From Edaphobacter aggregans (GTDB taxonomy: Bacteria > Acidobacteriota > Terriglobia > Terriglobales > Acidobacteriaceae), in the NCBI RefSeq assembly GCF_003945235.1, contig NZ_RSDW01000001.1, forward strand, positions 4,890,001-4,922,000: a stretch of DNA of 32,000 nt, read 5' to 3'. Every line of letters starts with the position of its first letter. Within the stretch, counting starts at the first letter, position 1. Below the pieces are notes generated by a model. The model was given only the letters and a program-made list of their open reading frames with translations. It made no database searches and had not been told where the DNA came from. Below are positions 28,061 through 32,000 of this stretch, in pieces. Position numbers and translations under genes: made by a program.

Positions 28061-29017
28061 ATGTTCTCTATTGTTCCCACCAAGACTGTGTCACCCGATG
28101 CAACCGAGCATCAGCCGGCCGCCAAGCCGATTGAGCAGGTGCAGCCAGTGGTTAGGCAAGAAGGGCTTCGGGCTCAGTTTGTTGCTTTGGGACGCTACAT
28201 GGCTCGAACTGAGGTACACACATATGCGTTCAGCGTAGCGGCAAACGCAATCCTCTCGCTGTTCCCGTTTATTGTACTGCTGCTCACGGTAAGTCGCAGG
28301 GTCTTCCATTCGCGGGCGATGGAGGCGGTGGTGGGTGACATGATGAAGAGCTTTCTGCCGGTGGGGCAGGACTTTGTGATGCGGAACATGCAGCTGCTGG
28401 CTCATCCGCAGAAGAAGACGCAGATCTTTTCGCTGGTTATGCTGCTGATCACCTCAACTGGTGTGTTCTTACCGTTGGAAGTGGCGCTGAACAACGTCTG
28501 GGGTGTGAAGGAGAACCGCAGCTACCTTCATAATCAGGCGGTTTCGCTGGGTTTGGCGTTTGCTGTGGGTGTGTTGGCGATGACTTCGGTTGCGTTTACT
28601 TCGGCGCAGAAGACGGTGCTGACGTGGATCTTCTTCGGACATACGGAGAATTTCTTTTTCAATTTCTTCGCTTACTGGTTTCTCAAGTTTTGTGCGGTTG
28701 TGGCAGGTATTTTGATTTTCTTTCTTATCTATTGGGTGCTGCCTCATCGCAAGGTGCCGGCGCGGGCTGTTCTTCCTACGGCGATTGTGATCGGTCTGTT
28801 GTGGGATGCGGCCAAACATCTGTACGTTTTGGCTCTGCCATGGTTGGACTTTCAGTCGGTGTATGGCCCTTTCTATATTTCGGTGGGGTTGATGATGTGG
28901 GCGTTCTTGTCGGGACTGTTGCTGCTAGCAGGGGCGCATTTCTCGGCTACGCGGTATACGTTGTGGCTGGCGCGTCAGGCAAAGCTGGAGGAGAGCAGCG
29001 ATGCAGGAGCCGAATAA
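28061..29017 (+). CDS. YihY/BrkB (virulence factor BrkB / former 'RNase BN') family inner-membrane protein.
   Basis: 318 aa with about 6 TM helices. Family-like blocks: AFSVAANAILSLFPFIVLLLTV, LPLEVALNNVWGV, YWVLPHRKVPARAVLPTAIV, YGPFYISVGLMMWAFLSGLLLLAGAHFSA. Confidence 0.78.
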   Translation: MFSIVPTKTVSPDATEHQPAAKPIEQVQPVVRQEGLRAQFVALGRYMARTEVHTYAFSVAANAILSLFPFIVLLLTVSRRVFHSRAMEAVVGDMMKSFLPVGQDFVMRNMQLLAHPQKKTQIFSLVMLLITSTGVFLPLEVALNNVWGVKENRSYLHNQAVSLGLAFAVGVLAMTSVAFTSAQKTVLTWIFFGHTENFFFNFFAYWFLKFCAVVAGILIFFLIYWVLPHRKVPARAVLPTAIVIGLLWDAAKHLYVLALPWLDFQSVYGPFYISVGLMMWAFLSGLLLLAGAHFSATRYTLWLARQAKLEESSDAGAE

Positions 29018-31124
29018 GTCGGGGGCGTGGGGCTGGCTGAAGCACAGGCCGCCTGCCGGGCTGCCTGCGGCTGCATTCTGGCTGGCACTTTGGTTCTGCG
29101 TACTGCTGGTGTTGCGCTGGCTGCCGGGGGGCTGGAGGACGTTCTTCAGCGTGGTGCAGATCTTTGTCGGGGTGGCGCTGGTGATTGTTGCCATCCCTCT
29201 GGCTCTGCGTATTGTGCGGCAGCGTATGCTCTGGAGCCTGCGGAACAAGTTGGTGGTAACGTATCTGCTCATCGGGCTGGCTCCTGTGGTTCTGTTTGTG
29301 ACGCTGGTGCTGATCTCGGCTTATATTGCGGCCGGGCAGTTTGAGATTCATCTGGCGGACACGCGCATCCAGGCCGAGCTGAACCAGATGAGCGGGGAGA
29401 ACGGGCACCGGGCTGAGCAGGTGGCACATTTGCTTGATGGGAAGCCGATACCGCCCAATGGGCTGTCCATCAACGAGGCTCCTGCAGAGCTCGATATCCC
29501 GCGATTGAAACTGCATCGCGATACGGTCGCGTATACGAACGGGACTCGGCTGGCTGTCGGGGCGGTGGGGGAAAAGACTCCGCTGGGGTTGCCTCCTTGG
29601 GCTTCGCCACTGCCCGGGGGTGAGTTTCATGGGCTGGTGCTGGATGGGAGCGATCTGTATCTAGTCGCAGTGCACCAGCAGGGGCTTGGCGATGGGCGGG
29701 TGTTTAGCCTGGTGACCAGCGTTCCCGTCGATCGGTCGGTGATGGATATGATTGCCGATGGACTGGGGCGAGTGCGTCTGTTCGTTGAGCGGGTGGGCGG
29801 CGCGGAAGGGACGACGCAGAAGGCTGAAGCAAAGAGGATTGCGGGTGGCAGCGAGCCTGCCGGTGTGAATCTGGCGGACGTTCGGGTGAGGTTCCTTTCG
29901 ACGGTCACGGCGACGGATTGGGATACTGGCGAGCCTGCTAACCTTCCGATCGAGGTGGTTTCACGGCCGTCGCTGCTGTACAAGCAGCTGTTCGGCACCT
30001 CGCTCGGAGGCATTGTGACGAGCGTGATCCGCACCTTTCTGATCGGACTGTGCATTGTGTTCGCCGGGCTCCAGGTGCTGGCTCTGGTGATGGCGATGCG
30101 ACTAAGCCGCACGATGACGAAGTCAGTTGCTGATCTGTACGAGGCGACGCAGCGGATCGACCAGGGGCAGCTCGATCACCGGATCGGCGTTACTCGCGAC
30201 GATCAGCTCGCGGAGCTGAGCCGGTCGTTCAACAAGATGACGGGATCTTTGCAGCGGCTTCTTGTGGAGCAGAAGGAGAAGGAGCGGCTGCAGAACGAGA
30301 TCTCGATCGCGCAGGAGGTGCAGGCGAATTTATTTCCGCATCAGACGGTGGGGTTGGAGACACTGGAGCTGCATGGCGTCTGCCGGCCGGCACGGTCAGT
30401 CAGCGGGGACTACTACGACTTCCTGGTCTTCCACGAGGCGGCGCATAACGGGAACGCCAGCCCGAAGGAGACGGGAGTTGGTATTGCACTGGGCGACATC
30501 AGCGGGAAGGGAATCTCGGCGGCGCTGCTGATGGCGACGTTACACTCCGCGGTTCGGGCGTACCGGTTTGCCAGCGAGGAGCTGGTGTTTACCGAGTCGG
30601 CTGTGGCCGGCCTGATGGCTAGCCGGGACGAACGTGGGCGGGACTGCGACGAGCTGTTCGAGTCACCGGGGCGGATTCTTGCGCTGCTGAATCGGCATTT
30701 GTACCGTAGTACACAGCCGGAGAAGTATGCGACTTTGTTTCTTGCTCACTACGACGTGGCTACCTCTATGTTGACGTACTCCAATGCGGGTCAGCTTCCG
30801 CCGCTGGTGCTTGGACGGGATGGGTCGATTCGCAGGCTGGACCGGGGTGGAACGGTGGTGGGCCTGATCGACGGGATGCAGTATGACGAAGGCCGGTTCC
30901 AGATGCAGTCCGGCGACATTCTTGTGGCTTACTCGGACGGCGTGACGGAGCCTGAGAACGACTTTGGCGAGTTCGGCGAGGAGCGGCTGATGGAGGTTGT
31001 CAGCCGATACCGCAATGAGCCGCTGCATGTGATCTCGACGCAGGTGATGCAGGCGCTGGATGCTTGGATCGGGGCGGAAGAGCAGCCGGATGACATCACG
31101 CTGGTTCTGGCTCGTCAGGTTTAG
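29001..31124 (+). CDS. Membrane-bound HAMP domain + PP2C/SpoIIE-family (RsbU-like) serine phosphatase.
   Basis: - GGAGGAGAG 4 nt before the ATG at 29001.
- 17-nt overlap with the preceding gene.
- N-terminal TM helices flank a sensor region of about 220 aa.
- HAMP: RLSRTMTKSVADLYEATQRIDQGQLDHRIGVTRDDQLAELSRSFNKM.
- PP2C motifs: AQEVQANLFP, SVSGDYYDF, GDISGKGISAALLMATL, YSNAGQLPP, AYSDGVTEPEN, QPDDITLVLARQV. Confidence 0.9.
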   Translation: MQEPNKSGAWGWLKHRPPAGLPAAAFWLALWFCVLLVLRWLPGGWRTFFSVVQIFVGVALVIVAIPLALRIVRQRMLWSLRNKLVVTYLLIGLAPVVLFVTLVLISAYIAAGQFEIHLADTRIQAELNQMSGENGHRAEQVAHLLDGKPIPPNGLSINEAPAELDIPRLKLHRDTVAYTNGTRLAVGAVGEKTPLGLPPWASPLPGGEFHGLVLDGSDLYLVAVHQQGLGDGRVFSLVTSVPVDRSVMDMIADGLGRVRLFVERVGGAEGTTQKAEAKRIAGGSEPAGVNLADVRVRFLSTVTATDWDTGEPANLPIEVVSRPSLLYKQLFGTSLGGIVTSVIRTFLIGLCIVFAGLQVLALVMAMRLSRTMTKSVADLYEATQRIDQGQLDHRIGVTRDDQLAELSRSFNKMTGSLQRLLVEQKEKERLQNEISIAQEVQANLFPHQTVGLETLELHGVCRPARSVSGDYYDFLVFHEAAHNGNASPKETGVGIALGDISGKGISAALLMATLHSAVRAYRFASEELVFTESAVAGLMASRDERGRDCDELFESPGRILALLNRHLYRSTQPEKYATLFLAHYDVATSMLTYSNAGQLPPLVLGRDGSIRRLDRGGTVVGLIDGMQYDEGRFQMQSGDILVAYSDGVTEPENDFGEFGEERLMEVVSRYRNEPLHVISTQVMQALDAWIGAEEQPDDITLVLARQV

Positions 31125-31314
31125 AACGTCTCTTTTGGGGTGTCCCCTCCGGTGTGTTTTGGTGCAAAGTATTCAAATTACAGAGGATAGCGGTGGACTT
31201 TCGCCCGCCTCATCTGCAAAAGTCTCTGGATTCGCGAGTTTGAAGTATCCGGTTCCTGTAAAGTATTGATTTTATGTTGGTTGTTGGTTTAGGCTTCGTT
31301 GTTGAGATTAGGAG

Positions 31315-31347
31315 AAAGCCCCGGAGACGACCCGGGGCTTTTTCTTG
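31315..31347 (+). terminator. Strong intrinsic terminator with no obvious annotated gene in front of it.
   Basis: AAAGCCCCGG-agacgac-CCGGGGCTTT (10-bp stem, 31315-31341), followed by a TTTTTCTTGTT tract. It lies 190 nt downstream of the phosphatase stop. It could also function on the minus strand, where it is followed by TTTCTCC. Confidence 0.6.
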
Positions 31348-31432
31348 TTCTCACTTAACAGCGTAGCGGATTGAAGGGAATTATTCGGCACTGCAGATCG
31401 CCCGGCTAGCGCGGGGATTTGCGATTTGGGGC

Positions 31433-31540
31433 TTGACAAGGACAGAGACAGAAGCAGATCCCTTCGCTGCGCTCGGGATGACAACCAAAGGGCAGGCAGC
31501 AGCAAGAACACGAACAAGAGCAAGAACAGAACAACTGCAA
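31433..31540. repeat. Intergenic repeat element of the 'LRCAxDD / ...LGMT' type: a palindromic core flanked by purine-rich short-period low-complexity arms.
   Basis: The core GATCCCTTCGCTGCGCTCGGGATGAC (31457-31482) contains ATCCC...GGGAT. It translates as DPFAALGMT, SLRCARDD or VVIPSAAKG depending on frame. The flanks are GACAAGGACAGAGACAGAAGCA and GCAAGAACACGAACAAGAGCAAGAACAGAACAAC. All ORF-track ORFs here (31308-31523, 31381-31749, 31426-31620, 31433-31672) look like artefacts of this element. Confidence 0.55.
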
Positions 31541-31764
31541 GATATTTTGTCCCTAAGCACTTTGCTGCAACTCGGTGTTACGGAGTGGCTGTTCCTACTC
31601 TGCCGTTTGCGATGTTGTAGGAGACGTCCTGCACAGAGACAAACTACCGGATCGGTTGGGTGGGTGCGATGAGTGCTATGCCGTCGAGTGAGCGTCGGCT
31701 GCGTTTGGCGCCGATCCCGATTTTCGTTGCATCGTCTGGCGTGGTCCACGATACAATTTGCCCC

Positions 31765-32000
31765 ATGCGCCGCTCTGATTCGATTGCACTTTCGATGGCT
31801 TTTGCCCTTGTCTTCGCGATACCGACGACCGTTTCAGCAAAGAACAATGTTGCTGAATTCCCCCTGCGGGTTCATATCTTCCAGCAGCACACCACGCAGC
31901 ACTACCACAATGGCGTGCCGGATTTCGCTAATGGCTTTGGCCGGGCTAACCTCTTCGAAAATGGCGTGGCTCAGGGTATCGACTACAGTTTCAGCTGTTC
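31765..32000 (+). CDS. 5' part of a secreted protein of unknown function; it continues beyond the window.
   Basis: ATG at 31765, with the frame open to the window end (78 codons): MRRSDSIALSMAFALVFAIPTTVSA/KNNVAEFPLRVHIFQQHTTQHYHNGVPDF... A clear signal peptide with an AxA-type site. TACAAT lies 7 nt upstream of the ATG and there is no SD. Confidence 0.5.
   Translation, partial: MRRSDSIALSMAFALVFAIPTTVSAKNNVAEFPLRVHIFQQHTTQHYHNGVPDFANGFGRANLFENGVAQGIDYSFSC

Noticed and set aside
31274-31366. 30-codon ORF (MLVVGLGFVVEIRRKPRRRPGAFSCSHLTA) upstream of the repeat region.
   Set aside because: It reads straight through the terminator hairpin, has no RBS, and its composition is dictated by the stem sequence.
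1-32000. CRISPR arrays, IS elements, prophage genes, toxin-antitoxin pairs and known defence-system genes.
   Set aside because: No regularly spaced direct repeats were found. No ORF carries transposase, integrase, nuclease, ATPase or methylase hallmarks.

Overview
The window looks like a chromosomal segment from an Acidobacteriota (Terriglobia-like) genome. The evidence for that is moderately high GC, several very large TonB-dependent receptors with an N-terminal carboxypeptidase-regulatory-like domain, a giant Ig/NHL-repeat secreted protein, and an 'LRCAxDD / LGMT'-type intergenic repeat.

Gene content in order:
- Tail of an outer-membrane-protein-like gene, then a decayed SDR gene.
- TBDR no. 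1 (1222-4908).
- A lipase-maturation-factor (LMF/HTTM-like) membrane protein, followed by a CrtI-like FAD oxidoreductase.
- TBDR no. 2 on the minus strand.
- A disrupted multiheme-cytochrome/TPR gene.
- TBDR no. 3, then a PL5 alginate lyase.
- A truncated heparinase-II/III (PL17-like) gene joined to a truncated amidohydrolase.
- A 1767-aa GH28-like beta-helix / Ig / double-NHL-propeller protein on the minus strand.
- tRNA-Ser(CGA), queG, a YihY/BrkB-family membrane protein, and a HAMP-PP2C (RsbU/SpoIIE-like) phosphatase.
- An intergenic repeat region and the start of a secreted protein.

I saw no CRISPR array, transposase, integrase or recognisable defence genes.

The most interesting points:
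- An acidic-polysaccharide (polyuronate) utilisation-like neighbourhood that is partly decayed.
- The unusual GH28-Ig-NHL giant fusion protein.
- The bacterial LMF + FAD-oxidoreductase pair, whose function is unknown.
- At least four pseudogenes, which is a lot for 32 kb.

All family assignments come from reading motifs by eye. None was confirmed by a search.
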